DNA of 64,000 nucleotides from an uncultured Acidobacteriota bacterium (GCA_963750995.1 CAVVST010000005.1:438199-502198); one strand, 5' to 3'. Positions 1 through 11,841 are shown, numbered from the stretch's first letter. Translations and numbers: made by a program. Notes: generated from the sequence alone by a model not told the origin.

Positions 1-1126
1 GACCTTGTGCTTCTGCGAGGCCTGCCACGTCAAACGAATAGCCTTGCTGTCGCTCTTCACCTTGCCGAGCGCCGGCCGGTTGAGATCCGGCTCGTACACC
101 CAGGAGTTCGGGTCCTTGCTGTAGTACATCCCGGTGGAGTACCTGCGTCGTACCCCAGTTGCGGTAGGCGCCCCAGAACCACACCTTGTTCTGAACGATC
201 GGTCCGCCCCCCGCCGGGTTCCAATCCCACTGCGCCTTCAGCCCGCTCAGTCTCACGCCCTGGGCCCTCAGCTCGTCATTGAGATTGTCTCCCTGCATGC
301 TGCCGTTGTTGTATGCGCCGTTGAAGGTGGCAGCGAAGGTGTTTCCACCATCCCTCGGAATGACGTTGGTCGTGATGCTGGCCATTTGCGACTCGGCGCC
401 CGCGGCGCCGGTGGTGACCGTCACCTCCTGCGTCATGCCCTGGTTCGGGTAGTAGAAGAACGCTCCGCCTCCCGAGTTGTTCATGTTGCGGATGTCGAAC
501 CCGTCGATCGTCATCAGCGCTTCGAATTGCTCGCTGCCGTGCACGACGAGACCGTTGATGGCGGGGCCGGTCGCGGCCGCCGTGGCGATGTTCGACTGCA
601 CAGCCGGGATGAACACGGCATAGCTCGTGGGCATACGGGTCGTCGGGATCGCGTCCATCACTTCCTTCGAGAACGTCGTGCCAGCCGCGGTACGCTGCAC
701 GTCAACGACCGGGCTTTCGCCCGTGACCGTAACCGTTTCCTCGAGGCCGCCGACGCTCATCTGCGCGTTGACGGTCGCGGTAAAGGTCGCCGGCAGCGAC
801 AGGCCTTCGCGCACGACGCTCTTGAACCCGGGCAGGGTGAAGGTGACGTTGTAGAGGCCCGGGCGCAGGTCGACGAGCTGGAACCGCCCGCTTCCGTCGG
901 TGGTGACGGTGCGCACCTTTTCGATGAGCGCAGGACTGGAGGCCTCGACCGTCACGCCAGGGAGCACGGCGTTGCTGGCGTCGGTGACGACACCCGCGAT
1001 CGAGCTCTGGGCGAAGCCGGCAGCCGGTGTGAGCACCAGGAATGCCAATGCCACAATCCCGGGGAACGCCGACCACCGCGGGCGGCGCTGGAGGAGCCAT
1101 CGTGAAACCTGCATGCTAAGCGTCAT
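1..1126 (-). CDS. TonB-dependent receptor with N-terminal carboxypeptidase-regulatory-like domain (runs off the left edge)
   Basis: Manual translation from ATG 1126: signal peptide, then [52 protein letters not shown], matching the N-termini of the receptors at 21970 and 49900. GAGAGGG RBS upstream. Not in the ORF track because it has no stop in the window. Confidence 0.9.
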   Translation of the reverse strand, partial: MTLSMQVSRWLLQRRPRWSAFPGIVALAFLVLTPAAGFAQSSIAGVVTDASNAVLPGVTVEASSPALIEKVRTVTTDGSGRFQLVDLRPGLYNVTFTLPGFKSVVREGLSLPATFTATVNAQMSVGGLEETVTVTGESPVVDVQRTAAGTTFSKEVMDAIPTTRMPTSYAVFIPAVQSNIATAAATGPAINGLVVHGSEQFEALMTIDGFDIRNMNNSGGGAFFYYPNQGMTQEVTVTTGAAGAESQMASITTNVIPRDGGNTFAATFNGAYNNGSMQGDNLNDELRAQGVRLSGLKAQWDWNPAGGGPIVQNKVWFWGAYRNWGTTQVLHRDVLQQGPELLGVRAGSQPAGARQGEERQQGYSFDVAGLAEAQG

Positions 1127-1199
1127 GTGAAATCTACCCTCTCTGGGAGTAACCAGTGCCAACGCAGACAAATCGAGCACGTGCACGGGCGACTCGCTC

Positions 1200-1470
1200 G
1201 ACCCACAATCCCCATTGCGACGGTGGCTTGAACGGGGCGCGTGAAGACGTCGGGGTCGGAGATCGTCGCCTCATACAGAATGTGATCGCGATCGATTTCG
1301 AGTATTCGAGCCACCCCTCAGGATGACGTCCCTCGAAGTGGATGCTCCGTAGGGCGTGCGCGCACTGGTAACAGATCGCCGCTGCCCCGCGGTCCTGCGC
1401 GATTTAAAACGGATACGGCATGTCGCTGGCGCGCGGCACCCCGGCATGTGGCAGCTCACCGTCGTCAGAT
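1200..1470 (-). pseudogene. Decayed remnant of the secreted two-Cys family
   Basis: Broken frames give CHMPG/VPRASDMPYPF*IAQ and IDRDHILYEATISDPDVFTRP, matching the CxxPGVPR and YExTIxDPxVFTRPW motifs of intact paralogs. Has an in-frame stop and lacks the middle section. Confidence 0.65.
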
Positions 1471-1802
1471 CTTCGGTCGCACGCGAAGGTCGGCCAACTC
1501 AGCGGCCCTACCGTAACGAATGAAAGCCGGTGTGTCAACCCAGCCTCACCGAAGTGTCAAGCGAAATAGCGATGTCCCTTTTCAATAAGAAATGCCTGTG
1601 GAAGCTCGTGGAAAACGGTTCTGTAGTTTTCCAAGGAGCGGTGGGCGCGTGCTTTGCGCCCGATCAGATTCCGAGGAGCTCTGGACCAAGAAGTCAGGGG
1701 AGCCGCAGGAAGAACTTCGGCGCGTGCGGACCGAAGTGTTACCTATGTCCCCGGCCGGAATAATCCGTTACCCATGTCTCCGGAATGGACCCCAGTGTGA
1801 AA

Positions 1803-1846
1803 TGGAGGCGCCGTCCGGATTTGAACCGGAGATGGAGGTTTTGCAG
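1803..1846 (-). repeat. 3' half of tRNA-Cys(GCA), att-site-like copy 1
   Basis: Reverse complement CTGCAAAACCTCCATCTCCGGTTCAAATCCGGACGGCGCCTCCA: anticodon loop GCA, T-arm GGTTCAAATCC, CCA end. No 5' half or D-arm. Identical to 18991-19034. Confidence 0.9.
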
Positions 1847-2327
1847 GCAGGGCCGGAAACGCTAAGTTGTTGACTCGTCTTGCTCGCTGGTCGGCCCTCC
1901 CCCTCCTTTTTGCCTGGTGGTTGGGCGCTATTGTTCCCACGTCCCCGGGGCAGAAGGTACAAAAACCTCTGCGCTCCGCAAACGAGGACGGTCGTGCCAT
2001 AACTCAGTCGAACCAGCAACCCTCCGGTTAATTGGTTGACGTACGTTTGGCGACTCCTTTCGGCGTGGACCCAGGGTGCGACGAGACCACTAGCCCGTGC
2101 CAGCGCTGTCGCAACCACGGTCGCGATGGCGGCTCGCCGGGTTGTGTTCAGGCTTGCCATACCGGCCGAAAGTATAAGGTCCGGCGTCGGCCGTCTTGAC
2201 TCGCATGCGTTGCAGCCGGATGATACGCGCCTCGGTAACCCCCACGCTCATTGACGCGCTGCTTCGGCATGCGTGGATCCCCGACGCCTGACGTGCAGCG
2301 CCTTCACCGCTCAAGAGGTGCACCACC

Positions 2328-3508
2328 ATGAGTGTCCTGACCTACGGAAGGAACTGCGACACGGCGGGCAGGGATGTGGCGAACGGCCGCTCACGACGAC
2401 AGTTTCTCGCGGGCCTCGCCGCCATCGGCGCCGCGGCATGTTCCTCAAACGGGAGTGGTGGGGAGTCGGCGGCGGCGCCCCAACCGAGCCAGCTCCACGG
2501 TCCAGGGCGGACGGCGTATCGATGTCCACCACCACTACGGCCCTCCCGGGTGGGTAAGAATCCTCAGCGACCACAAAGCGCTGGCGGCGCCGTGGAAGGA
2601 TTGGACGCTCGCGCGCGCCATCGAGGACATGGACAAGGCCGGCGTCGAGACGTGGAATCTCGTCGATCACGACCCCTGGCGTGTACTTCGCCGAGGGATT
2701 CGGCAACGGATTGGCGCTAAACGTGAGGGTGAACAACGACGCGCGCGCGCTCGCGCGAGAGTGCAACGAGTTCGGCGCCCGCATGAAGGCCGACTACCCG
2801 GGCCGCTTCGGCATCTGGGCGTCGCTGCCGCTTCCCGACGTCGATGTCAGCCTCCGCGAGATCAATCCGCGCTCGATACGCTGAAGTGCGACGGGATCTG
2901 CATGCTGACGAGCATCTGGTAGTCGGTACCTTGGCGATCCATCGTTCGTGCCGGTCATGGAGGAGCTCAACCGTCGGAAGGCGGTCCTCTACACGCATCC
3001 CCAGGTGGGCCCATGCTGCCGCCAGCCGATCCGATCAAGGATGGTTTCCTGGGGCCGACGACGCTCGAATACAGCCAGGACACGGCGCGCGCGATTGCCA
3101 GCTGGGTCGACAGCGGCAACGCCGAGCGGTTTCCCGACATTCCGGTGATCTTCTCGCACGGCGGCGGCAACATCTGGGGCCAGCGGTTCGTCAGCGGCGA
3201 GATCGGCTCGCGCCCGAGCGCCCTGGGCACAGGCGGGAAGTACGGACCGAAGCTGACGATCCTGCGGCGGTTCTACTACGACATCGCGCAGATCTCCCAC
3301 TTCGTGCACCTGCAGAACCTGAAAACGCTCGTCGGCGTTCCCCAGATTGTTCTGGGCTCTGACCATCCATGGTAGGCCAGCCGGCAGATTAGTTCAGGAT
3401 GTGATCGACATGGTGGCAGATGGCCTGTTCACGGCAGAGGACGAAGCCGCCATTGGCCGCAGCAATGTGCTCCGGTTGTTACCGCATCTGAACAAGGCGA
3501 CGACGTAG
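2328..3508 (+). CDS. Amidohydrolase_2 family protein (LigW/6-methylsalicylate decarboxylase-like), Tat lipoprotein; frameshifted
   Basis: SRRQFL...AAAC signal, then [32 protein letters not shown] and [10 protein letters not shown] spread over several frames. Confidence 0.8.
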
Positions 3509-3592
3509 GTGCCGGCCCGCCAGGGATCGTCCTGGAGTCAGGGTCGAGCCCAAATCGCACAACTCCACGCGCTGTTGATTATCATTGGCGCC

Positions 3593-4910
3593 ATGCGACA
3601 CCTCTTGTCCGGCTTGCTGCTTGCGCTCACGATGGCCTGGGTGGCGCGGCTCACCCCGCCGGTCAGGCGGGCGTCCCACAGCCGGTTTCGGCGACCGCCT
3701 CCGGTCCGTTCGGGACGCCACGGCTGGTGCTGACGGGACCCGTCCCGCGTACGGCGGATGGCCGGCCCGATCTGCGCGGCCACTGGAACTCGCCGCCGCT
3801 TACCAATTCAAACATGCTCGAAGAGCACCCGGCGGGCTTCGGCATCCAGGCCGGCCGGAGCGTCGTCGTCGATCCGCCCGGTGGGATCATTCCCTACCAG
3901 CCGTGGGCGCTGGCGCGGCGGAACGAGAACCGCAAGTCCGAGAGCGCGTACCTCGACAACGAAGGCCGCTGCTTCCCGTCCGGCGTGCCGCGAATCATGC
4001 TCTTCAGCTTTCAGATCGAATACGCGGCCAACGACATCCTGCTGCTGTTCGAGTACGTGCATGGGACACGCACCATTCACATGGATCGCGGCACTCATCT
4101 GCCCGCGTGGTATCGCAGCTTTTTCGGCGACTCCATCGGCCGCTGGGACGGCGACACGCTGGTCGTGGAGACGGCGAACCTGAACGGCAAGTACCTGGCT
4201 CGGGCTCGGCGGCGATTTCCTCAGCGACGCGGCCACGGTCGTGGAGCGCTTCTCGATGCCCGACCCCAACACGCTGGCATGGGAGGCCACCATCACCGAC
4301 CCGAAGGTTTTCACGCGGCCGTGGACGTGGCGCTGGAACCGCCCATATGTCCGCGGCACATGGACTGAGATTCCCGAGAACCACTGTCACGAGGGAAACA
4401 GCGACCTCGCGATTCTCAAGAACACGTATGACGCGTCGCGCGCAGCCGCCGCGTCGGGGACCGCGGCGGCCGCCGCGCCCCGCCGCGAGATGCCCGTCGG
4501 ACAGGGCCCCTTCTCGGGCCGATGGATTTACGACGTGCAGGCGAGCGGCCAGCAGGACGGTGGGACGGCGCTCCCGAGCGAGCTCCGGCTCGCACGGACG
4601 GCCGACGAGCTGCACCTCCTGGGGTTGACGGAGCGGCAGGATCCGACCGAGGGCGTCTACAAACTGGACGGCAGCGAGGTGCGCGTCACCGTCTGGTACG
4701 GCGATCACGGCGACGGGCAGAGCGCGGGTGGAAGGCGACACCATCGTGGTCACGAGCAGGCGCACGTTCACGTTGCCGTTCGGTGATGAGGTCGTCGTCG
4801 ATTTGAGTGACGTGTACACCGTCACGGGCGACGTGTTGACCGTTCAGCGAAGACAAACCGCTGGCGGCGGGACCAGCGCCGCCAAAGGTGTTTACAACCG
4901 AGTGCGATGA
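3593..4910 (+). CDS. Secreted two-Cys family protein with an extra C-terminal lipocalin-like domain; frameshifted
   Basis: Signal MRHLLSGLLLAL; PRTADGRPDLRGHW, RCFPSGVPR, GRWDGDTLVVET, TDPKVFTRPW, ENHCHEGN. An Ala linker leads to FSGRWIYD...YKLDGSE. Confidence 0.75.
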
Positions 4911-5724
4911 TGACCGTTCCCATTCGATACATCACAGCAACGCTTCTGCTCCTCGTCGCGTCCCTCTGGACGGCAGCGGGGGCGCAGGGGCCTTCGCGCG
5001 GGCAGACGCAGGGATACGTGGCGCCTCCGACGGGCCAGCCCGATCTCCAAGGCGTCTGGCGCGTGGAGAATCTCGCCCGGTATGACGTCGAAGCGCACGC
5101 GGCGCGACCTGGCATTCCCGCCAGTCGCGGAGTGGTCGTCGATCCGCCGGACGGCAGGATTCCGTACAGACCGGAGGCGCTTCAGAAGCGCGACGAGAAC
5201 TTCAGGAACAGCCGGAATCCCGACCCGTGGAAGAGCGCCGATCCGTATCACAAGTGCTACAGCCCCGGCGTGCCGCGACTCACCTATCTCGGATGGCCGT
5301 TCCAGATCTACCAGACCCCGAAGGGACGTCGTCTTCCTCTACGAGTGGATGCATCAGCGGCGGATCGCGTACTACGACATGAAGGGCCGGCAGGCCGCCG
5401 AAGGCGCGGCGTTGTGGAACGGCGATTCCCGTGCACGTTGGGAGGGCAACACGCTCGTCGTCGACGTGACGAATTTCAACGACCTCACATGGTTCGACAT
5501 GGCAGGCAACTATCACAGTGACGCGCTGCACGTCGTCGAACGCTACACCAAGGTCGACGACAACACGCTCGACTACGAAGTGACGATCGAAGACCCGAAG
5601 GTCTTCACACGTCCGTGGACGATGAAGCTGCCGATTCGTCGGCAGACCGAGCCGTTATACGAGGTACGAGTGCCACGTGCTGCTCGACGAGCTGGGGATC
5701 GCCCTCACCTGGCCGCGCCATTAA
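4907..5724 (+). CDS. Secreted two-Cys family protein; frameshifted
   Basis: Signal peptide; GQPDLQGVW, KCYSPGVPR, ARWEGNTLVVDV, EDPKVFTRPW, YECH. Start overlaps the upstream stop. Confidence 0.8.
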
Positions 5725-5778
5725 CCCGTGCGAGAATTCCGGACGGGATTCAGCTAGCGGCGCACGACCAACCTGCCG

Positions 5779-6931
5779 CTATGTCGTCGGAGGGCCGCCC
5801 TGCGGCAAGAAGCGCTCGCTGTTCCCGCGATACACCCGTTCGAGCTCCTGCGCATCGAAGCTCGCCGATGCGGCGAGTCCTTGGACGTGGTCGACCATGG
5901 TGCTGTAGGGGAAGTCGGTCCCGAAGACGATCTGATCGAGACCGACGACCTGCTTGAGCGCCGTCATCGCGACGGGATTCGCGGTCTGCGCCGTGTCGTA
6001 GTAGAAACGCCGCAGCTGATCGAGCCGCGAGTCACGCTCGGCCGGCTTCTTCAGCACGTCCGCGAGGTCGCCGTCGTTGCCCACAATGCGCTCGACGAGA
6101 AACGGCACGGTGCCGCCGGCATGCGAGAAGATCCAGCGGATGTCGCGGAACCTGTTCGGCGCGTCGTTGACGATGAGGCTCATAATCATCCGCGTCGTGT
6201 CGGTGCCGTATTCGATCACGTTAGGGATGAGCTTCGGGATGATGCCGATGCAGCAGGCCGCGTCGGTCGGGTGAGTATACACGGTGACCCTGCGGCGGTT
6301 CAGCTCCTCGAGCAGCGGTACGAACGCGGGATCGCCGATGTACTTGTCGGCGTAGCTCGTGCGGCAGGAAGGCGCCGCCGGCTTTCAGCGTGTCGAGCGC
6401 GTACTCCAGTTCCTTCAGGCTGGCATCGAGGTCGGGCATCGGCAGCGACGCCATCAGGACGAAGCGTCCCGGATAATCGGCGGCCATCTTCGTGCCGTAT
6501 CGTTCGCCTCACGCGCCAGGCGCCGGATCGATTCGGCGGCCTGTGCTGGCGTGACGCCGCGCTGCTTCAGACGGTCGGGCGTGAAGGCGCCTCCGGCCTG
6601 CCCCGTCGATATGAGCGAGGTGGCCGTCCCCGATTTGTCCATCGCCTCGATCGTTTCGCCGGCGTCCATCCTTTCCGCGCGTTCGGCACGAGGTTGGCCG
6701 CCTCGAGCTCCTTGAACCAGCCGGGAGAGGTGAGAAGTGGTGGTGGACATCGATCCGGCGGCCCGCGGCCACATCCATGAGGCCGCCTGCCGCCGAAGGC
6801 TGGCCGGTCGCGGCCGGGGCCGCTGCCTGCTCGGGCGCGGATCCGCCACAATGCGCGAGAAACGCACCGGCGCCGGCGGCCGCAATTCCCGTGAGAAATC
6901 GACGACGGTCATACGTACGTGGGTCAGTCAT
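5779..6931 (-). CDS. Amidohydrolase_2 family Tat lipoprotein; frameshifted; close paralog of 54515-55630
   Basis: DRRRFL...LAHC signal; RIDVHHH, HPTDAACC, FSHAGG, FYYDTAQ, FGTDFPY. Confidence 0.85.
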
Positions 6932-7045
6932 CGCCACCTCGCTATAGGGAGCACACCGTAACTGCCGCCACTCCCACCGTCAAGGTCATTTGGTTGCCCC
7001 GGCGGCGGCAGACGCGTACGATGGCCACACCCTCCAGGAGGCTCG

Positions 7046-8200
7046 ATGAAGCTGGTGTTCGCGGGACTGATCGTCGTGGTGGCGGCGGTGGCTGGCGCGG
7101 CGGCGCAGCAGGGGCCGGAGCCGACCTCGCCCCTGGCCGAAGACGTCTTCAAGGACGTCCGGATGCTGCGCGGCATTCCTGTCGACGAGTTCATGGAGAC
7201 CATGGGCTTCTTTTCGGCTGCCACCGGACTCAATTGCCAGGATTGCCACGTGGGGGAAAGCGGGGGCGATTGGGCCAGGTACGCCGACGAGACGGCGCGC
7301 AAGGCGACGGCTCGCCGCATGATGGCGATGGTGGCGGCGATCAACAAAACGAACTTCGCCGGACGGCCGGTGGTGTCCTGCTGGTCGTGCCACGACGGCA
7401 ACAACGTCCCCGAGGTCGTGCCCGACCTCGCCGTCCAGTACAGCAATGAGCTGCCCCGCGACCCGTTTCAGTTTTCACGCTCGGATCCCGCCGCTCCTTC
7501 TGTCGACACGATCTTTGCGAAGTTTGTTCAGACGCTGGGCGGGGCAGAGCGGCTCGCCACCGTGCGAAGCCTCGTCATCAGGGGCATTTACGGCGGCACG
7601 GACACGCTCTCGCTGAAAGTGCCGGTCGAAATTTACGTGAGGGCTCCGAACCAACGCGCGATGATCGTCCACACCTTCGATGGCGACACCACTACGGTAT
7701 ACGACGGACAGGCTGCCTGGATCGCCGCGCCGGAGACAATGAAGCCGGTTTCGGTGCTGACGCTGACGGGAGGAAACCTCGATTCCGCCAGGATCGAGAC
7801 AGAGCTGTTCTTCCCGGCGCGCATTAAGGAAATTGCGACCGATTGGCGAGTCGGTTCCATCACCGGCATCGACGATCGAGACGTTCACCTCGTTCAAGGG
7901 AGAGGCAGGGCAGGCGGCCTCCCGGTGACGCTCTATTTCGATACGGAATCGGGACTGCTCGTGCGCGTTCTGCTCTACACGTCGTCGCCGGTCGGGATCA
8001 ATCCGAGACAGATCGACTTTGCGGATTATCGGGACGTGGCGGCGACCGGCGTCAAGACGCCGTTTCGCTGGACCGTAACCTGGACGGACGGGAAATCAAC
8101 GACGCAAGTGACCGAGATCCAGCCTAACGTTGCCATCGAGGCATCGCGGTTCGGAAGGCCGTCTCCCCCTCCGCCCAAGCCGCCCGCGCGCCGGGGCTGA
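7046..8200 (+). CDS. Diheme c-type cytochrome (reaction-centre cytochrome c subunit-like) fused to a beta-rich, possibly LolA-like domain
   Basis: Signal peptide; CQDCH and CWSCH heme motifs with intervening KATARRMMAM; C-terminal LYFDTESGLL...FADYRDV...KTPFRW region. Confidence 0.8.
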   Translation: MKLVFAGLIVVVAAVAGAAAQQGPEPTSPLAEDVFKDVRMLRGIPVDEFMETMGFFSAATGLNCQDCHVGESGGDWARYADETARKATARRMMAMVAAINKTNFAGRPVVSCWSCHDGNNVPEVVPDLAVQYSNELPRDPFQFSRSDPAAPSVDTIFAKFVQTLGGAERLATVRSLVIRGIYGGTDTLSLKVPVEIYVRAPNQRAMIVHTFDGDTTTVYDGQAAWIAAPETMKPVSVLTLTGGNLDSARIETELFFPARIKEIATDWRVGSITGIDDRDVHLVQGRGRAGGLPVTLYFDTESGLLVRVLLYTSSPVGINPRQIDFADYRDVAATGVKTPFRWTVTWTDGKSTTQVTEIQPNVAIEASRFGRPSPPPPKPPARRG

Positions 8201-8220
8201 GGGACCGCGTATGCGGGATC

Positions 8221-8649
8221 TCAGTTCGCGCCGGGGGCGTTGAGCTCTTCGCCGACGGCCGCTGCCGAGATGACGCTTCCGTCCGCGCGAACGATCTTTC
8301 CGCCGCCCAGGTTGGCGCCGGAGAAGCCCACCGGGGCGCCGTTCTTGGCGGCCACGAGCGTGACCGTGAGCACTTCACCGACTTTGGGCATATTCTTCAG
8401 GCCGCCGGGCGTGCGCAGGTTCCGCGGAGCGCCGGTCTCGATGGCCCAATTGACGACCTTGCCGTCTTCGGCCTTCACGTCCAGGAACAGCATGCTGTGC
8501 GGGTTCTGCAGCACGAACTCTGTCACCGTTCCCTTGATAGTGACCGGATTCAGCACGTCGTAGGCCGACACGCCGTGGTGTGCCAGCATCCTGCCGCCGG
8601 ACGCGAGAACGATCGCGAATACCGCCGCGACGATACACCTGGTTTTCAT
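8221..8649 (-). CDS. DUF6152-like secreted protein
   Basis: Signal ending MLA, then HHGVSAYD; GTVTEF, NPHS, WAIE. Confidence 0.8.
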   Translation of the reverse strand: MKTRCIVAAVFAIVLASGGRMLAHHGVSAYDVLNPVTIKGTVTEFVLQNPHSMLFLDVKAEDGKVVNWAIETGAPRNLRTPGGLKNMPKVGEVLTVTLVAAKNGAPVGFSGANLGGGKIVRADGSVISAAAVGEELNAPGAN

Positions 8650-8669
8650 CGGATCCTCACTGTAATGCG

Positions 8670-9512
8670 TTACTTGCCGGCGGCCGGTGGCTCGATGGCC
8701 CGGCGCCTGATGCGCTCTTCGAACAACCTCTCGTTGTCAGGATTGCAGAAGTTCGGGACTCGTACCCGGTCGGGGCCGCGCTTGTACGTGACGGTGGTGA
8801 CCTTATAGGGCTGCGTCCAGATCTTCGGGTCCTCGATGAGAGTGTCCAACAGCAGCGTGTCGTAGTCCACCCGCCGATAGCGCTCGGTTATCTTTATCTC
8901 ATCGCTGTACGGCAGACCTTCTTCGCTCAGCCACGCCAGACCATCATTGAAGCCTGTCGATTCCACGACGAAGGTGAAATCGTCCTCCCAACGGCCCACT
9001 GATTCCCCCATCCAGCCCGTGTCGTATCTCAACTCGGGAGGATCGACGTCGAGCTTACGTCCGTCGGTCGCGATCTGCCGCCACGTCGAGCCGAGAAAGT
9101 GCACCATCTTGCCGGGAAGCTGGGCGAACTCGCCGCCGTTCCAGACGAGCCTTGGCATTCCGCTCGGCATGCAGCGCAGGTTCGGGTCGTTGCCCATCGG
9201 CTGCTGACGGATGCCGTAGCCCGGCCTGTTCGCCTCGAACCTCTTCTGGCCCTCCGGCGTCATCGGAGGCATGTCGACGAAGCCGGGACCGCGGGCCACG
9301 CCGCTCAGGCTGTGAATCGAGGAGAGTGACGGATCGCCGGGCTGGCGGTTCCAGACGCCGGTGATGTCACGCTTCGGAGCGGGTTTTGCCGTCGCCGGTT
9401 GTGTGGTCCCCGGGCGAGCGGCGGTGCCCTGCTCGCCACCCTGGGCGAGCACAGTGGGAGCAACGACGATGGTGCCGATCAGAACGGTCGCTTTCAGGAA
9501 ACGGATCCGCAT
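8670..9512 (-). CDS. Secreted two-Cys family protein (DUF6152 partner)
   Basis: Start MRIRFLK with GAAGGAG RBS; RDITGVW, DPNLRCMPSGMPR, GRWEDD, EDPKIWTQPY, NFCNP. Confidence 0.8.
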   Translation of the reverse strand: MRIRFLKATVLIGTIVVAPTVLAQGGEQGTAARPGTTQPATAKPAPKRDITGVWNRQPGDPSLSSIHSLSGVARGPGFVDMPPMTPEGQKRFEANRPGYGIRQQPMGNDPNLRCMPSGMPRLVWNGGEFAQLPGKMVHFLGSTWRQIATDGRKLDVDPPELRYDTGWMGESVGRWEDDFTFVVESTGFNDGLAWLSEEGLPYSDEIKITERYRRVDYDTLLLDTLIEDPKIWTQPYKVTTVTYKRGPDRVRVPNFCNPDNERLFEERIRRRAIEPPAAGK

Positions 9513-9522
9513 GTGAGCTCCT

Positions 9523-10303
9523 TCAATTCCCCGCACAACGGACGCCAACGTCAGTGTACCGGTATTCGGGCACGTGGAAATCGCGGGACGAGGCTCGCAC
9601 GGTTCGCGGACCGGTGAACCAGGAACCGCCGCGCTCCGCGCGCTCCCTCCCCTGAGGCGTGCCGTTCGGATCGACCGCCTTGTCCGCCGTGTACGGAGCA
9701 TACCAGTCGCTCATCCACACCCAGACGTTTCCCAGCATGTCGTACAGGCCGGTACTTGTTCGGCTGCTTCTGCCGGACCTCCTTCGCCTGCAGTCCACCG
9801 CTGTTCGCGAAATACCAGGCGATGTCGTTGATCTCTCCGTAGCGTGGGGTCGTGGTGCCGCCGCGTGCCGCGTACTCGTATTCCGCCTCGGTCGGGAGCC
9901 GCATTTCCACGGCCTTGCAGTACGCGTCGGCTTCAGCCCACCTGATGAACGTCACCGGCAGCTGGTCGCCCTTGTGGATGCTCGGATTGGCCTTCATCAC
10001 CTTCTGGTAGGCCGCCTGTGTCACCGGCGTCTCGCCAATCCAGAAGTCCCTCGAGATCGTGACGGAGTGCGCGGGCTGTTCGTCCGGTTTGCACTCCGCG
10101 TCACCCGGCGAACAGCCCATCTGAAACGTGCCCGCCGGAATGAGCACGTACGTGAGGCCATCGTGGGGGTTGACCTTGGTCCTGGCCTGTGCGGCGGGCG
10201 CGGATCCGTCCGGCCACCCGACCGTGATGACGAGGGCGAGCACCGGCAGCAGTCGCCAGCCAGGGCATTTACTGCGGAGCAAGGTGCAGTTCTGAATTGT
10301 CAC
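9523..10303 (-). CDS. Formylglycine-generating enzyme (SUMF1/PvdO) fold protein, secreted; frameshifted
   Basis: IPAGTFQMG, DEQPAHSV, RLPTEAEYEYAARGG, GLYDMLGNVW, RGGSW, GVRCA. The catalytic Cys pair of true FGE is absent after RGGS. Confidence 0.85.
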
Positions 10304-10312
10304 AGGTACCAG

Positions 10313-11751
10313 CTAGTACGACTTTGTTAGATTCGCAGATTGATTTCCGCGAGTTTTTGCATGGTTCGTAAGTAATGCGGTCGCGTCACGAAGAAATGCG
10401 CGGTGAGGATCTCGGTGATCACCGCACGTGCGACCGGCAGCGTGGGCAGGCGCGCGCCGCCGCGCCGGCGTTCGTCCTGCAGCCAGGCGTACGCCATCGC
10501 GGTCAGCACGACGTGCCGATGCCAGCCCACAAACGAGCGACCCTCGAAGTGATCGAGCCCGAGCTCGTCTTTCAGCTCCTGGTACTGCTGCTCGATGGCC
10601 CACCGGTGGTGTGCCAACCGCACCAGCGACGGCAGCGACGCCGTGTCGGGCAAATCGATCAGGTATGCCTTGATTCGCGGCGTGCTCCCGAGATCGCGCT
10701 CGAAGAGCAGCCAGACCTCGGGGGCGAGGCGTCGCTCGCGCCAATCGTGGGCGGGCGTGACCCGCAGCGCGGCGAAGTGGGCGGCCCATGGACGATTCGT
10801 CCCGTTGCGCCACGTCACGCGGCGCCAAGCCCGCGCCGGCAGCGCGGCGGCCATCGCCCGGACCGCTTCGGGCCGACGGTCGTCGGTGAGTGGAGGCGCG
10901 ACGGCGGACGGCTGCGGCCTGGCATCGGTGGCGGCACCGCGACGGCGTGGCGTCCCGCGAAAGACCGTCAGCGTCGACGAGACGCCGAGCGCATAGGGCA
11001 GCTCAGTCGATGCAGCGTGCGGCGCAGGGTGGCGTTGTCGCCGAATTCCGCATCGCCCGAGCACCGCGGTGACCTCGAAGCCGGCCGCTCGGATTTGCCG
11101 CAGCAGCGTCAGCGCCAGGCGCCATTTCTCCTGGAAGCGCACCGTCGCGGGAATCCGCGCGCGCTGCCGCGCCTCGGGTGTCAGCCACTCCTCGGGCAGA
11201 TACAAGCGCCGCGCCCAGCATCCAGGCCCGCACGCCCGTCCAAAGCGCCGCCGTCACGGCGACTTGGCAGTTGGCCATTTTGCCCAGCGTGCCGCAATAC
11301 TGGCGCGCGACCGCCACCGAGCGTCGGCCCTGCTTCGGAAAGCTGGTGCCGTCGAGAATCAGCACGCCCGCTGCGCTCGGGGATCACGGCGCGCAGGTGC
11401 CGCCACACGCGCTCGGCGCTCCACGGCGCATCGGTGATGAAGTGCTGAAAGGCTTGATAGCTCCCCGGATCGCTGACGCGCGCGAGCATCGCGCTCATCG
11501 ACTTGCGCCGGCTGTCGCTCAGCAGGCCGAGCAGATAGCGCCGAAACGCGCCCCGTTGCGCGACGTGCCTGAAGCAGACCTCGAACGGCTCGAGCCACTT
11601 GCTCAAGCGATCCAACCACGCCGGCGCGTTGCGCGGCAGCGCGCAGCACCGCGTGGCAGCGTACCGAACTCCGAGGAACAAGTACAAGTCCTTTATCTCA
11701 ATTGCGGTCAGATTTCGGTGTAAATCCGTGGATCTGACAAAGTAGTACTAG
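10313..11751 (-). mobile_element. IS701-family insertion sequence with CTAG target duplication
   Basis: Left end CTAG-TACGACTTTGTTAGAT and right end ATCTGACAAAGTAGTA-CTAG form an inverted repeat with 2 mismatches. Encloses a DDE transposase. Confidence 0.92.
10327..11687 (-). CDS. IS701-family transposase; frameshifted
   Basis: [82 protein letters not shown]. Confidence 0.9.
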
Positions 11752-11765
11752 TTGCCTGCGGCGAA

Positions 11766-11794
11766 ATTTTATGGGGCGCCAACGCCAGTGTCAA
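11766..11794 (-). promoter_or_regulatory. Near-consensus sigma70 promoter facing the IS701 and FGE operon
   Basis: Minus strand TTGACA (11789-11794), 17-nt spacer, TAAAAT (11766-11771). Confidence 0.65.
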
Positions 11795-11841
11795 CGCGAC
11801 ACGGCAAAGAAACGCACCTGGTCCGCCCCTGCGAAATGCGA

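Noticed and set aside
1803-1846. Functional tRNA-Cys genes (also 18991-19034)
   Set aside because: The 5' acceptor strand, D-arm and 5' anticodon stem are missing in both copies.
7046-8200. Evidence of phototrophy (pufC)
   Set aside because: Only two hemes, a fused unrelated domain, and no reaction-centre or bacteriochlorophyll genes in the window.
9523-10303. Sulfatase-maturing FGE
   Set aside because: The catalytic Cys pair is absent and no sulfatase gene is nearby.
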